Assembly (NCBI RefSeq): GCF_000803625.1
Contig: NZ_CP007496.1
Span: 270,001-302,000 of the forward strand
Direction of reading: 5' to 3'
Source: Candidatus Nanosynbacter lyticus
GTDB lineage: Bacteria; Patescibacteriota; Saccharimonadia; Saccharimonadales; Saccharimonadaceae
DNA: 32,000 nucleotides
Position numbers and translations under genes: made by a program. Under the pieces are notes generated by a model, which saw only the letters and a program-made list of their open reading frames with translations, did no database searches and was not told the origin of the DNA. Each line of letters starts with the position of its first letter. The first letter of the stretch is position 1. This document shows positions 1-10,648 of the stretch, in pieces.

Positions 1-14
1 GCGAGGGCGAGGCG

Positions 15-758
15 GTGGAGCTGCGCGGCCGTAACGGCGCCGGCAAGACGACGCTGATTCGGATGTTGTTGGGGCAGCGGCGAGGTTCGGACTCCAGTCT
101 CTCTGGCAAGTCGATGGTTTCGCGGACGGTGTTGCCGGACGCATTCGACTTGGAGGAGACGGCTGGAAGTCGAACCGCGGCAAGCGCTCCGCAGTCCTCC
201 GCCAGAGCACACTCTTCGCTCAAATCTCCACCGGAGATTTTTCGCAAGCGTTCGGCTGAAACGTCCGCTACTCGCGAACGTTCCACAGTCTCTGGCGTAG
301 AAGGTGTCGCACCTGCCGCTCCCATCCTTTACTCCGGCAACCTCTTCCTTGACCCGCAGGTGCGGGTGGGCGTGTATGAGCAAGAGATTGATGAGCGGTA
401 TTTGGCGGATCCGCTGCAGGCGTCGATTGAGAAGTTGTATCTCAGCCGCGACCTGCCGATTTCTGATACTAAGATTCGCCAACTACTGGCTGACTATTTG
501 TTCACCGAAGCCGATCGGATGACGCCGCTGGCTCGCCTGTCGGGTGGCCAAAAAGCGCGCTTTCAGATTATCGCTATGCTAGCAAATGACCCGCAGCTGC
601 TGATTTTGGATGAGCCGACCAACCATCTTGACCTGCCGAGCATCGAGGAGCTGGAGACGGCGCTGGCGAAATATTCTGGCGCTATCCTGTACGTTAGCCA
701 CGACAATTATTTCCGCCAAGAAATCGGCGGCGAGGTCGTGCAGATTGGCGCAGCATAA
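15..758 (+). CDS. ABC-F family ATP-binding protein, C-terminal part (5' end outside the window)
   Basis: Walker A GRNGAGKTTL, signature LSGGQKARF, Walker B LLILDEPTNHLD and H-loop SHD in the ORF translation; ~80-aa atypical Ser/Ala/Arg-rich insert after Walker A. Confidence 0.85.
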   Translation: MELRGRNGAGKTTLIRMLLGQRRGSDSSLSGKSMVSRTVLPDAFDLEETAGSRTAASAPQSSARAHSSLKSPPEIFRKRSAETSATRERSTVSGVEGVAPAAPILYSGNLFLDPQVRVGVYEQEIDERYLADPLQASIEKLYLSRDLPISDTKIRQLLADYLFTEADRMTPLARLSGGQKARFQIIAMLANDPQLLILDEPTNHLDLPSIEELETALAKYSGAILYVSHDNYFRQEIGGEVVQIGAA

Positions 759-806
759 AAATCCCGCCACTGTTAGGCGGGATAATTACTCGTTCAAGTG
801 TATATT

Positions 807-1094
807 CTAGTCAGCCAATAAGCCGTTCTTGCGCAGCAAGTCTTGCAGCTTTGGTCGGTCAAAGCCAAGCACTAGTTCCCCGTTAATGTCGGTGACTGGC
901 ACGCCTTGGAAATTGCCACCGTTTTTATTTAGCAATTCTTCCTTAGCGCTAGGATCGGCCTCGATATCCTTAGAAACAAAATCAATACCCAACTTTTTCA
1001 GCCATTCCATTTCCGTGTGGCAAAACGCACACCAGCTGGTGCTATATACAACAACTTTTGTGTCTTGGTGGTTGTTTGTCGTGTCTTCGCTCAT
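807..1094 (-). CDS. Glutaredoxin-like/thioredoxin-fold protein (CxxC active site)
   Basis: VVVYSTSWCAFCHTEMEWLKKLGIDFVSKDIE...GVPVTDINGELVLGFDRPKL; cis-Pro VPV; GGGGAG SD upstream; TATAAT further upstream. Confidence 0.85.
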   Translation of the reverse strand: MSEDTTNNHQDTKVVVYSTSWCAFCHTEMEWLKKLGIDFVSKDIEADPSAKEELLNKNGGNFQGVPVTDINGELVLGFDRPKLQDLLRKNGLLAD

Positions 1095-1145
1095 ATACTC
1101 CCCTGTTTAATAACAATCTCAATTATAGCATATTGGCTACGCTTA

Positions 1146-1367
1146 TTAAGAATTCTTAGAAGTCAGGTGCCAGCCTTTGCACCATTCGCAGCGATATACG
1201 TCAATGGATAAATTTGAGTTGACTAGTTCTTGGGTGTCCGCGGCTTGGCGTGCTTTTACTTCTGTCGAGAAGTGTCGCTTTTTCTGACAATTAGCCAGAC
1301 CAGTAATTGACATCAATGATGTTTTCTGTGATTTTTGACTATTTTTTGGATAATTTCGCCGAGGCAT
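1146..1367 (-). CDS. Small protein with C-terminal YRCEWCKGWHLT zinc-binding-like motif
   Basis: ORF of 73 aa with CxxCxGWHLT pattern seen in small uncharacterised proteins; start codon uncertain. Confidence 0.55.
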   Translation of the reverse strand: MPRRNYPKNSQKSQKTSLMSITGLANCQKKRHFSTEVKARQAADTQELVNSNLSIDVYRCEWCKGWHLTSKNS

Positions 1368-1368
1368 C

Positions 1369-1398
1369 TTGCAAAATAGTATAACAGATTGATATAGT
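1369..1398 (+). promoter_or_regulatory. Putative promoter of the ATP synthase operon: TTGCAA-N18-TATAGT with TGA extended -10
   Basis: -35 at 1369-1374, -10 at 1393-1398, ATG at 1410. Confidence 0.5.
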
Positions 1399-1409
1399 GA
1401 TAAGTAATC

Positions 1410-1667
1410 ATGAAGGAAACTGATACTTCTGCTAGTAAAACAGACGACTTTAATGCGGCAACGCTTTTGACTAAGACGATGATTGGTACGACGTGGCGGA
1501 TGTTTTTGCCGACAGTTGGTTTAACTTTGTTGGGATTGTGGCTGGATGATAGAACTGGACTAAGGCCTAAGTTGACGCTTATGGGGATTGTCATTGGCGT
1601 GATTGTTGCGGCTGTTCTGGTGTTTTTGCAAATTGCTAAGATTAAGCGACAGGAGTCGAATAAATGA
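1410..1667 (+). CDS. AtpI/AtpZ-like small membrane protein at the head of the ATP synthase operon
   Basis: Two predicted TM helices, position directly upstream of atpB. Confidence 0.6.
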   Translation: MKETDTSASKTDDFNAATLLTKTMIGTTWRMFLPTVGLTLLGLWLDDRTGLRPKLTLMGIVIGVIVAAVLVFLQIAKIKRQESNK

Positions 1668-2500
1668 TTAATTACATAGCAAGTGCTGGTCCGCACATTT
1701 CGGTAAAAGTTGACGAAGTTTTTAATATAGCTGGCGTATCAATAACTAATTCTCATCTGGTTGGGATCTTAGGTTTGGTGGCGCTAGTATGGCTAATGTT
1801 CCGCACGCGAGTAGCAGTTTTAGGGAAAAAGAAGCATAATTTTGCAACCATGTTGGCCCAGTGGACTTTTGATGGACTATATAATACTGTTCATCAGGTT
1901 ATTCCTGACGAGAAGTGGGCGCGTAAAGTAGCGCCGTTATGTATTACCCTGTTCTTCTTTATTGTCGCACAGTACTGGCTGGGACTTTTGCCGATTGTTG
2001 GTCCAATTACCATCGGCGAGCATCACACTCCCCTGTTCCGTGGCGGCGTAGCGGATCTTAATATGACATTTGGATTAGCAATTGTGACAATTGTCGCCGC
2101 ACAAGTTTATGCCTTTAAATACTTAGGTTTTAAGGGGAATATGGGACGATATTTTGTTAATCCACTGCGCGACCCAATTATGGCGTTCGTTGGTATTTTG
2201 GAGTTGGTGGCAGAGTTTTCGCGAATGCTAGGTCTGAGTTTTCGCTTGTTTGGTAACGTTTTGGCTGGCGAAATTCTATTGGCTATCATTGCTTATATGA
2301 CGCAATTTATGTCACCAGCTGCACTGCAGCCTTTCTATTTCTTCGAGTTATTTATCGGCGGCATTCAGGCATACATTTTCTTTATGTTGTCAACGGTGTT
2401 TATTTCCCTGGGGCTGGCTCACCACGATTCACACGAGCCACTTGATGATGTTCACTCCTCTGTTGAAGCTAAGAAATTAGTGACGGCAGAAAGTGATTAA
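1664..2500 (+). CDS. atpB: F1Fo ATP synthase subunit a
   Basis: Multi-TM protein with RMLGLSFRLFGNVLAGEI motif; first gene of the conserved order; ATGA overlap with the upstream ORF. Confidence 0.95.
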   Translation: MINYIASAGPHISVKVDEVFNIAGVSITNSHLVGILGLVALVWLMFRTRVAVLGKKKHNFATMLAQWTFDGLYNTVHQVIPDEKWARKVAPLCITLFFFIVAQYWLGLLPIVGPITIGEHHTPLFRGGVADLNMTFGLAIVTIVAAQVYAFKYLGFKGNMGRYFVNPLRDPIMAFVGILELVAEFSRMLGLSFRLFGNVLAGEILLAIIAYMTQFMSPAALQPFYFFELFIGGIQAYIFFMLSTVFISLGLAHHDSHEPLDDVHSSVEAKKLVTAESD

Positions 2501-2535
2501 ATTAGTTAACAATTAATTAAAGGAGAATATTAAAA

Positions 2536-2748
2536 ATGGAAGCATTATCATTTGCACTTACCTACGCAATCCCAGCTGCATTTGCGGCAATCGGCGCTGC
2601 AATCGTTGGCGCAGCTGCTATGAACGCCGCTGGTCGCAACCCAGAAAAAATCAACGACCTACGCACAATGATGATTTTGGGTATCTCTTTCATCGACGCG
2701 ATTGCTATTATTGGTTTCGTCGCAGCAATCGTCGGCAAAGTTATGTAG
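2536..2748 (+). CDS. atpE: F1Fo ATP synthase subunit c
   Basis: 70-aa hairpin: GAAIVGAAAMNAAGRNPEKINDLRTMMILGISFIDAIAIIGFV; Asp carboxylate in helix 2; SD aaaggag upstream. Confidence 0.95.
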   Translation: MEALSFALTYAIPAAFAAIGAAIVGAAAMNAAGRNPEKINDLRTMMILGISFIDAIAIIGFVAAIVGKVM

Positions 2749-2763
2749 TTTTCGGAGTAAATT

Positions 2764-3306
2764 GTGGAGAGAATATTAACACAATTTGCCAATTCTGGCG
2801 CGTCAGAGAAGGCTGATTTGCTGAGCTCGCTAGGGATTGATTGGACATTGCTAGCACTTCAGACAGTAGCGTTTCTGATTCTGCTTTTCGTGCTGCGTAA
2901 GTTTGTCTATCCGCCAATGATGGAGATGCTTGTTAAGCGCGAGAAAGACCTTAAGGCTGCGGACGCGGCGGCGAAATCAGCCAAAGAAAATGCTGATAGA
3001 GCCGAAGAGATGACTGCCGAGATGGTGCGAAAAGCCCGAGTTGAAGCTAGTAATATCGTAGCATCAGCTCGAGAAGAAGCAGCCGAGGTTGTTGAGGAAG
3101 CGGCTAAAAAAGCCACCGCCAAGTCGGAGGCCTTGATTAAAGAAGCTCATAATACAATTGCCCAGGAAGTTAAAAACGCTAAGAAAGAATTGCATAATTC
3201 AACTCTGGAATTGGTAGCTGAGGCGGCTGGCAAAGTCTTAAACGAGAAGATTAATTCTAAAAAGGATGCAAAGCTAATCTCGACCGCGCTAGAGGAGGCT
3301 GAATAG
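2764..3306 (+). CDS. atpF: F1Fo ATP synthase subunit b (GTG start)
   Basis: N-terminal TM followed by long charged coiled coil; synteny. Confidence 0.9.
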   Translation: MERILTQFANSGASEKADLLSSLGIDWTLLALQTVAFLILLFVLRKFVYPPMMEMLVKREKDLKAADAAAKSAKENADRAEEMTAEMVRKARVEASNIVASAREEAAEVVEEAAKKATAKSEALIKEAHNTIAQEVKNAKKELHNSTLELVAEAAGKVLNEKINSKKDAKLISTALEEAE

Positions 3307-3705
3307 ATGCGATTGGTGTCCAGGCGAAAGTTGGCAAAATACGCAGCTGAGCAGATTATGGCTGGCAATGATACGATTATGGAAGAAATTGCTAGTTTGT
3401 TGGTTCATGAAAAACGCCAGCGAGAGATTGAGTTGTTAGTGAGGGATGTCGAAGCAGAATTGGCTGAGCATGGTGAAATCGTGGCGTCAGTTGAAAGCGC
3501 AAGGAAGCTTGATGTTGATACAAAGCGAGAGATAGAAAAATATCTGATGTCTGCAGTGAGCGCCAATAATAATAAGTCGAAGGTGACGCTGAAGGAATCA
3601 ATTGACCCAACGCTAATTGGTGGCTTCAAGCTACGAACGCCAACCGCAACGCTGGACGCGACGATTGCCAAGAAATTAAACGACTTGCGGGCGAAGAAAA
3701 TCTAG
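3307..3705 (+). CDS. atpH: F1Fo ATP synthase subunit delta
   Basis: Position between b and alpha; C-terminal [32 protein letters not shown] matches the delta-subunit ending pattern. Confidence 0.9.
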   Translation: MRLVSRRKLAKYAAEQIMAGNDTIMEEIASLLVHEKRQREIELLVRDVEAELAEHGEIVASVESARKLDVDTKREIEKYLMSAVSANNNKSKVTLKESIDPTLIGGFKLRTPTATLDATIAKKLNDLRAKKI

Positions 3706-3713
3706 GAGGAAAA

Positions 3714-5240
3714 ATGAGCAAGATTGATGTGACAGAACTAGCCAAAAGCCTGCGGGAAAAAATCGCGCAGCTGGAGGCGACGGAAGGACTAGAGGACGCT
3801 GGTGTGGTCATCCGCGTCGGTGACGGCGTGGCATGGGTGCACGGCCTCAGTAAAGCTGGCTACAGCGAAGTGCTAGAAATTGAAACTGATGGCGGCACAG
3901 TGGAAGCCTTTGCGCTGAACTTGATGGAAGATGAAATCGGTGCGGTGATCCTCGGCGGCGAAGAAAAAGTCAAGGCTGGCGCCAGCGTTCGCCGCAAGGG
4001 TGCGGTGCTGGACGTGCCGGTTGGCGAGGAACTGCTCGGCCGCGTGGTTGACCCGCTCGGTCGGCCGCTCGATGGCGGACCAGCTATCAAGACGAAGCAG
4101 CGTGGGCTGATTGAACGGCCAGCCATCGGCGTGATGGGCCGCAAATCGGTGCATGAACCATTGATGACCGGTATCATGTCAATTGACGCCATGTTCCCAA
4201 TCGGTCGCGGGCAGCGTGAGTTGATCATCGGTGATCGCCAGACCGGAAAGACCGCTATTGCCATCGACACCATGATCAACCAGGCACGGCAAAAGACCGG
4301 CGTAGTCAACGTTTACGTAGCGATTGGACAGAAATTATCAAAGATTGCCAGGTTGGTTGACCGCCTGAAAGAAGAAGGCGTGATGGAGCAAACCATCGTG
4401 GTGGCGACTAGTCCGTCGGACGCGGCTTCCCTGTTGTACCTGGCGCCATATGCTGGTACGGCCATGGGTGAATATTTCCGCGACAACGGTGGCCACGCGC
4501 TGATGATTTATGACGATTTGACCAAGCACGCCGTGGCTTACCGCCAGATGTCGCTCTTGCTCCGTCGTCCACCGGGACGAGAGGCGTATCCTGGTGATGT
4601 CTTCTACTTGCACTCTCGTCTGCTGGAGCGTTCAGCTAAGTTGTCGGACGAATTGGGCGCCGGTTCACTGACTGCCCTGCCGATCATCGAGACACAGGCT
4701 GGCGATATTTCGGCGTACATCCCGACCAACGTGATTTCCATCACCGACGGCCAGATTTTCCTGGAAACTGACTTGTTCTACCAAGGTATTCGCCCGGCGA
4801 TTTCTGCCGGTCTATCAGTTTCCCGCGTAGGTGGTGCTGCCCAGACCAAGGCGGTTAAATCAGTTGGTGGTAACTTGAAGCTCGGCCTTTCACAGTTCCG
4901 TGAATTGGCATCGTTTGCTCAATTTGGCTCGGACCTGGATGATGCGACCAAGGCACAAATTGACCGTGGTCAACGTTTGACTGAGCTGCTCAAGCAGCCG
5001 CAGTACCAGCCGATGAGTGTCTGGGAACAATTTGTCAGTATCCATGCGGTGACCAGCGGTGCGTTTGACAGTGTGCCAGTCGCCAAGATCAAGGAAGCAC
5101 AGGACACTCTGTTGACACAGCTTTGGAAGAATAACAAAGACGCAATGCGTGAACTAAACAAGGGTGACAAGCCGACTGACGAACAACTGAAGCTGATTGA
5201 TGAGGCAACGCAGGCAGTGGCGAAAGGATTTGAGGAGTAA
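3714..5240 (+). CDS. atpA: F1Fo ATP synthase subunit alpha
   Basis: [19 protein letters not shown]-loop; [38 protein letters not shown]. Confidence 0.99.
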   Translation: MSKIDVTELAKSLREKIAQLEATEGLEDAGVVIRVGDGVAWVHGLSKAGYSEVLEIETDGGTVEAFALNLMEDEIGAVILGGEEKVKAGASVRRKGAVLDVPVGEELLGRVVDPLGRPLDGGPAIKTKQRGLIERPAIGVMGRKSVHEPLMTGIMSIDAMFPIGRGQRELIIGDRQTGKTAIAIDTMINQARQKTGVVNVYVAIGQKLSKIARLVDRLKEEGVMEQTIVVATSPSDAASLLYLAPYAGTAMGEYFRDNGGHALMIYDDLTKHAVAYRQMSLLLRRPPGREAYPGDVFYLHSRLLERSAKLSDELGAGSLTALPIIETQAGDISAYIPTNVISITDGQIFLETDLFYQGIRPAISAGLSVSRVGGAAQTKAVKSVGGNLKLGLSQFRELASFAQFGSDLDDATKAQIDRGQRLTELLKQPQYQPMSVWEQFVSIHAVTSGAFDSVPVAKIKEAQDTLLTQLWKNNKDAMRELNKGDKPTDEQLKLIDEATQAVAKGFEE

Positions 5241-5243
5241 TTC

Positions 5244-7591
<2,348 letters not shown>

Positions 7592-7593
7592 CC

Positions 7594-8019
7594 ATGAAAT
7601 TGTCATTGGTTACACTTGTTGGCACGAAGGTTGACGAAGAGGTTTATTCGCTGTCAATTCCAACCATTGACGGCGAAATATCCGTCTTCCCTAGTCATGA
7701 GCCGCTAGTGACGATTGCGCGGGACGGCGTCATTACTGTGCGCCGCCATAAAGAAGATCTGGATAGCCAATTAGAGTATTTCGCGATCTCCGGCGGCGTG
7801 GTGAAAATTGATTATTCATCGGTGCAAATCCTAGTGGACGAGGCTGACCATGGCGACGATATCATCGAGGCGGAAACGCAGGCGGCACTAGAGCGCGCCA
7901 TCAAAGCCCGCGACGAAGCCGGCGACCAAGTCGAGCGCGAGAAAGCCAAACAGATCATCGACCGGCACATGGTAAGGTTGAAGGTGGCGGATCTTCATCG
8001 GCGCAAGCGACGGCGCTAG
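7594..8019 (+). CDS. atpC: F1Fo ATP synthase subunit epsilon
   Basis: LVTLVGTKVDEEVYSLSIPTIDGEISVFPSHEPLVTIARDG beta-sandwich plus C-terminal helices; last gene of the operon. Confidence 0.93.
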   Translation: MKLSLVTLVGTKVDEEVYSLSIPTIDGEISVFPSHEPLVTIARDGVITVRRHKEDLDSQLEYFAISGGVVKIDYSSVQILVDEADHGDDIIEAETQAALERAIKARDEAGDQVEREKAKQIIDRHMVRLKVADLHRRKRRR

Positions 8020-8034
8020 GATTGAAAGTACAAT

Positions 8035-8066
8035 AATAAGACCTCCCGCCATCATGAGGTCTTATT
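8035..8066 (+). terminator. Intrinsic terminator, probably bidirectional
   Basis: AATAAGACCTC-N10-GAGGTCTTATT followed by TT; 11-bp stem between convergent atpC and the 8108 ORF. Confidence 0.8.
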
Positions 8067-8107
8067 TTGTAATTATGATTGCAATCTCTTGATATGGCGT
8101 CTACGAT

Positions 8108-8878
8108 CTAGTAATCGGATAGAAATGATTTTATAGAACCCATTCCTTTCCTGTATAGCAAGGATCCTTCTTGTTCTGAGACAATTTCACAAAGAGGCCG
8201 TACGAAGAATTCTCTAAATTGGTAGCCCGTAATCCCTTGTCTTACGAGGTCTCTATAATAAATCTCCATAGTTCTGTAAACCACGTCACCTTCATCCAGA
8301 CTTCGAACTGATCTTTGGTCATCTATTACTAGTGTGTCTTTGTGGCTACGTATATGTTTAGGGTCAAATGTTGCACATATTAATCCGTAAGCGCCCAGAA
8401 TTTTGGTTATTTCTAGCAATCCGCTAAGACATTCTTTTGCTTTTTCGTCGTCTGCTTTTCTGCCACGTGTAATATCAAATTTATCATAATAACTAGCACT
8501 ATCGGGTGCGGGACTCCAAACAACAATACTAGAACCCAGTACTCCTAGTGCTTTAATGACGCGCACTCGAGATTGTTCTGAATTAAGTTTTGTTACCTCT
8601 TGTGATCTCTCTCTTATCTTGTCTAGTTCATAAGGGTTAAGGTAAGGATCAGAAGAGAAGTCGACTGCTAACTGGTCACCGTTTGGCAATATTAGGATTC
8701 CAGGTGTTTTTGACTCGTCGTCTTTTATCGTTTGTGTGTCATTGCTGATTACTATTCTTGATTCTGGAGTTAATTCTTCAGGTGTTTTATGAAATAAAGT
8801 TATAGTATTATCCGTAGGAAGTTCTTCATAGTCGTTGCTCTCTGGCAGGTATATCGCTTCAGTAGGTAAATCTAACAT
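8108..8878 (-). CDS. Hypothetical protein, 256 aa
   Basis: Full-length ORF with protein-like composition; extended -10 TGG-TATAAA 7 nt before the ATG; no recognised motif. Confidence 0.8.
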   Translation of the reverse strand: MLDLPTEAIYLPESNDYEELPTDNTITLFHKTPEELTPESRIVISNDTQTIKDDESKTPGILILPNGDQLAVDFSSDPYLNPYELDKIRERSQEVTKLNSEQSRVRVIKALGVLGSSIVVWSPAPDSASYYDKFDITRGRKADDEKAKECLSGLLEITKILGAYGLICATFDPKHIRSHKDTLVIDDQRSVRSLDEGDVVYRTMEIYYRDLVRQGITGYQFREFFVRPLCEIVSEQEGSLLYRKGMGSIKSFLSDY

Positions 8879-8900
8879 GTATCATTTTATACCATAGTAA

Positions 8901-10031
8901 CTATATATCTTCAAGTATCTGGCGAACTTCGTCTGTATTTGTGGTATGCATCAACTGTTCACGCAGTTCTTTGGCGCCGTCAAAGTCGCGGATGTAGATT
9001 TTGAAGAAGCGTTTGAGGGTTTCATAGGGGCGGCTGAGGGTTGGTTGGTAGCGGTCAAAGAGGTCGAGGTGGTAGTGTAGTAAGGCGATTAGTTCAGATT
9101 TGTGATGAATAGTTGAACCATCCTCTGCCTCGGAGTACTCTTTACGGGTGGCTTCGCCAGCCCGTGGCGTTCGGCTGACGGGGCTTGACGTGTCCACCGC
9201 AGCCCCCAATTTAGCGTACGTGTTGCCCATCTCTCGGGTATCGTCATAAAATAATCCGGGACCCGCTAAAGCCAGCCCAGATTTTTTCTGAGATACCGCT
9301 CGAGATGCTCGAAAACAAAACGGATCGCTAAATACTCCCCGCCCGATCATGATGCCGTTGAGGCCTGGGTGGGCTGCAAATAGTTCTTCGCCGTGGGCAC
9401 GGTCGCGGATGTCGCCGTTGATGGTTAGTAGCGTCTGTGGGGCGATTTCATCACGCAGTTTAATGATATCGTCGATGAGCTCGTAATGCGCCGGGACTTT
9501 ACTCATCTCCTTTTTGGTGCGCAGGTGGATGGTCAAATTAACTATGCCTTGCTGCAAAATAGTTGTCAGCCACTCTCGCCATTCGTCAACATACGTATAG
9601 CCTAACCTAGTTTTGACGCTGACTGGTAACCCGGCAGTTTTAGCGGCGGCGATGGCGGCAACTGCTATGTCGGGCTGGCGGATCAGTGCTGCGCCACCTG
9701 ATTTGATGGCGGATTTGGCGGGACATCCCATATTGATATCAATTCCGTTAAAACCAAGTTCCGCGCAGTGCTTCGCGAAAGCTTCCATGTCCCCTGGCTC
9801 ACCACCCCAGATTTGGGCGATCAGCGGATGTTCGTCGTCTGTTTTAATCAACCGTCCAGCGATAGCCTTATCGCCAGCATGCACCCAGCCGGTGGCATTG
9901 GCAAACTCGGTGAAGAACACGTCGGGTGCGCCTGCCTGTTTCACGACATGACGAAACACCACGTCAGTGACGGCTTCCATGGGCGCCAAGATGAAAAATG
10001 GCTGCGGTAAATCATTCCAAAATGATGTCAT
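8901..10031 (-). CDS. tRNA-dihydrouridine synthase
   Basis: FILAPMEAVTDVVFRHV, GFNGIDINMGCPAKSAIKSGGAALI, NGDIRDRAHGEE, GIMIGRGVFSDPF. Start revised from 10067 to ATG 10031 because the terminator at 10061-10086 and a -10 at 10039-10044 lie upstream. Confidence 0.93.
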   Translation of the reverse strand: MTSFWNDLPQPFFILAPMEAVTDVVFRHVVKQAGAPDVFFTEFANATGWVHAGDKAIAGRLIKTDDEHPLIAQIWGGEPGDMEAFAKHCAELGFNGIDINMGCPAKSAIKSGGAALIRQPDIAVAAIAAAKTAGLPVSVKTRLGYTYVDEWREWLTTILQQGIVNLTIHLRTKKEMSKVPAHYELIDDIIKLRDEIAPQTLLTINGDIRDRAHGEELFAAHPGLNGIMIGRGVFSDPFCFRASRAVSQKKSGLALAGPGLFYDDTREMGNTYAKLGAAVDTSSPVSRTPRAGEATRKEYSEAEDGSTIHHKSELIALLHYHLDLFDRYQPTLSRPYETLKRFFKIYIRDFDGAKELREQLMHTTNTDEVRQILEDI

Positions 10032-10050
10032 CTCTGTTATTTTATCACAA

Positions 10051-10086
10051 AAAGGAGAAAACCCCATCTCGTCATTGAGATGGGGT
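10051..10086 (-). terminator. Rho-independent terminator ending the minus-strand structured RNA region
   Basis: Minus strand ACCCCATCTC-AATGAC-GAGATGGGGT followed by TTTCTCCTTTTTG; 10-bp perfect stem. Confidence 0.85.
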
Positions 10087-10420
10087 GTGGCGGGCTCAAG
10101 CGGTTCTGCTCGGAATCGTCCTCTGCGTTGAGGATGACTCTACGAGTGAATCTCGCGAACCCGAAAGTTGGAAAACATCAATACTTCCACGTGCCGGCTC
10201 ACGTTGCTAGGCGTCGTTGTCTAGCGGGGAAATATTGATGAACCTGAACGCCGCTAGGCGCTTTCGGCGTTGTGTCCCAGGTTTTTCGATTGCCGGATGG
10301 CGGACATGGAGGGAGTCGAACCCCCTATCCAGCCTCTATCTAGAGATAGAGGGGTTTCCGATTTACATGTCCCTTGATTCTTTCCCGGATTACCGGCTGG
10401 GGAATCAGACCCAGGGGCAG
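10087..10420 (-). ncRNA. Putative structured RNA segment between the zinc-ribbon ORF and the terminator; boundaries approximate
   Basis: Helices 10113-10123/10130-10140 (one mismatch), 10176-10188/10228-10240 (13 bp, one G-U), 10189-10193/10200-10204, 10206-10210/10221-10225, 10247-10253/10265-10271, 10397-10401/10410-10414, plus the tRNA-like fold 10298-10372. Confidence 0.5.
10298..10372 (-). ncRNA. tRNA-like structure: 7-bp acceptor stem, T arm and encoded CCA, but no D stem and no 7-nt anticodon loop
   Basis: Minus strand GGACATG-TAAATCGGAAACC-CCTCTATC-TCTA-GATAGAGG-CTGGATA-GGGGG-TTCGACT-CCCTC-CATGTCC-G-CCA. Confidence 0.6.
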
Positions 10421-10422
10421 GC

Positions 10423-10569
10423 TTAAGCCTTTTTGCCGCAGTTCGGGCAATGGAATTTCCATGACTTAAGCTTCGAGGGGTCCACGTAGAAAACGCTTCC
10501 ACATTTACTACAGGTTTTCATTGTAGTGTACAGACCCGTGGGGGTGTTCTTTCCATAATATTTGAACAC
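10423..10569 (-). CDS. 48-aa zinc-ribbon protein VFKYYGKNTPTGLYTTMKTCSKCGSVFYVDPSKLKSWKFHCPNCGKKA
   Basis: GTG start at 10569 preceded by AAAGAGGTGAG; CxxC...CxxC zinc ribbon. Confidence 0.65.
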   Translation of the reverse strand: MFKYYGKNTPTGLYTTMKTCSKCGSVFYVDPSKLKSWKFHCPNCGKKA

Positions 10570-10576
10570 CGTCTCA

Positions 10577-10648
10577 CCTCTTTCCTGAAAGAAAAGAGCC
10601 GACCTCCCAACTGTGCTCCTAGAGAGCACAACTTAGAAAAGTCAGCTC
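10577..10648 (-). promoter_or_regulatory. Structured leader of the zinc-ribbon ORF with alternative pairings that could sequester the SD
   Basis: Outer stem 10641-10648/10596-10603 (8 bp) enclosing hairpin 10612-10618/10624-10630; competing hairpin 10591-10598/10578-10585 covers the AAAGAGG SD. Confidence 0.45.

Noticed and set aside
9613-10010. Plus-strand ORFs overlapping dus
   Set aside because: Shadow ORFs of a confidently identified gene, with low-complexity translations.
10087-10300. RNase P RNA, SRP RNA or 6S RNA
   Set aside because: No GAGGAAAGTCC/ACAGAA core of RNase P, no GGAAGGAAGCAG SRP apical motif, and no long central-bubble hairpin typical of 6S.
10217-10502. ORFs 10217..10426 (+) and 10254..10502 (-)
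   Set aside because: They overlap the structured RNA and tRNA-like fold, lack an SD or motif, and have translations that look like random readthrough.
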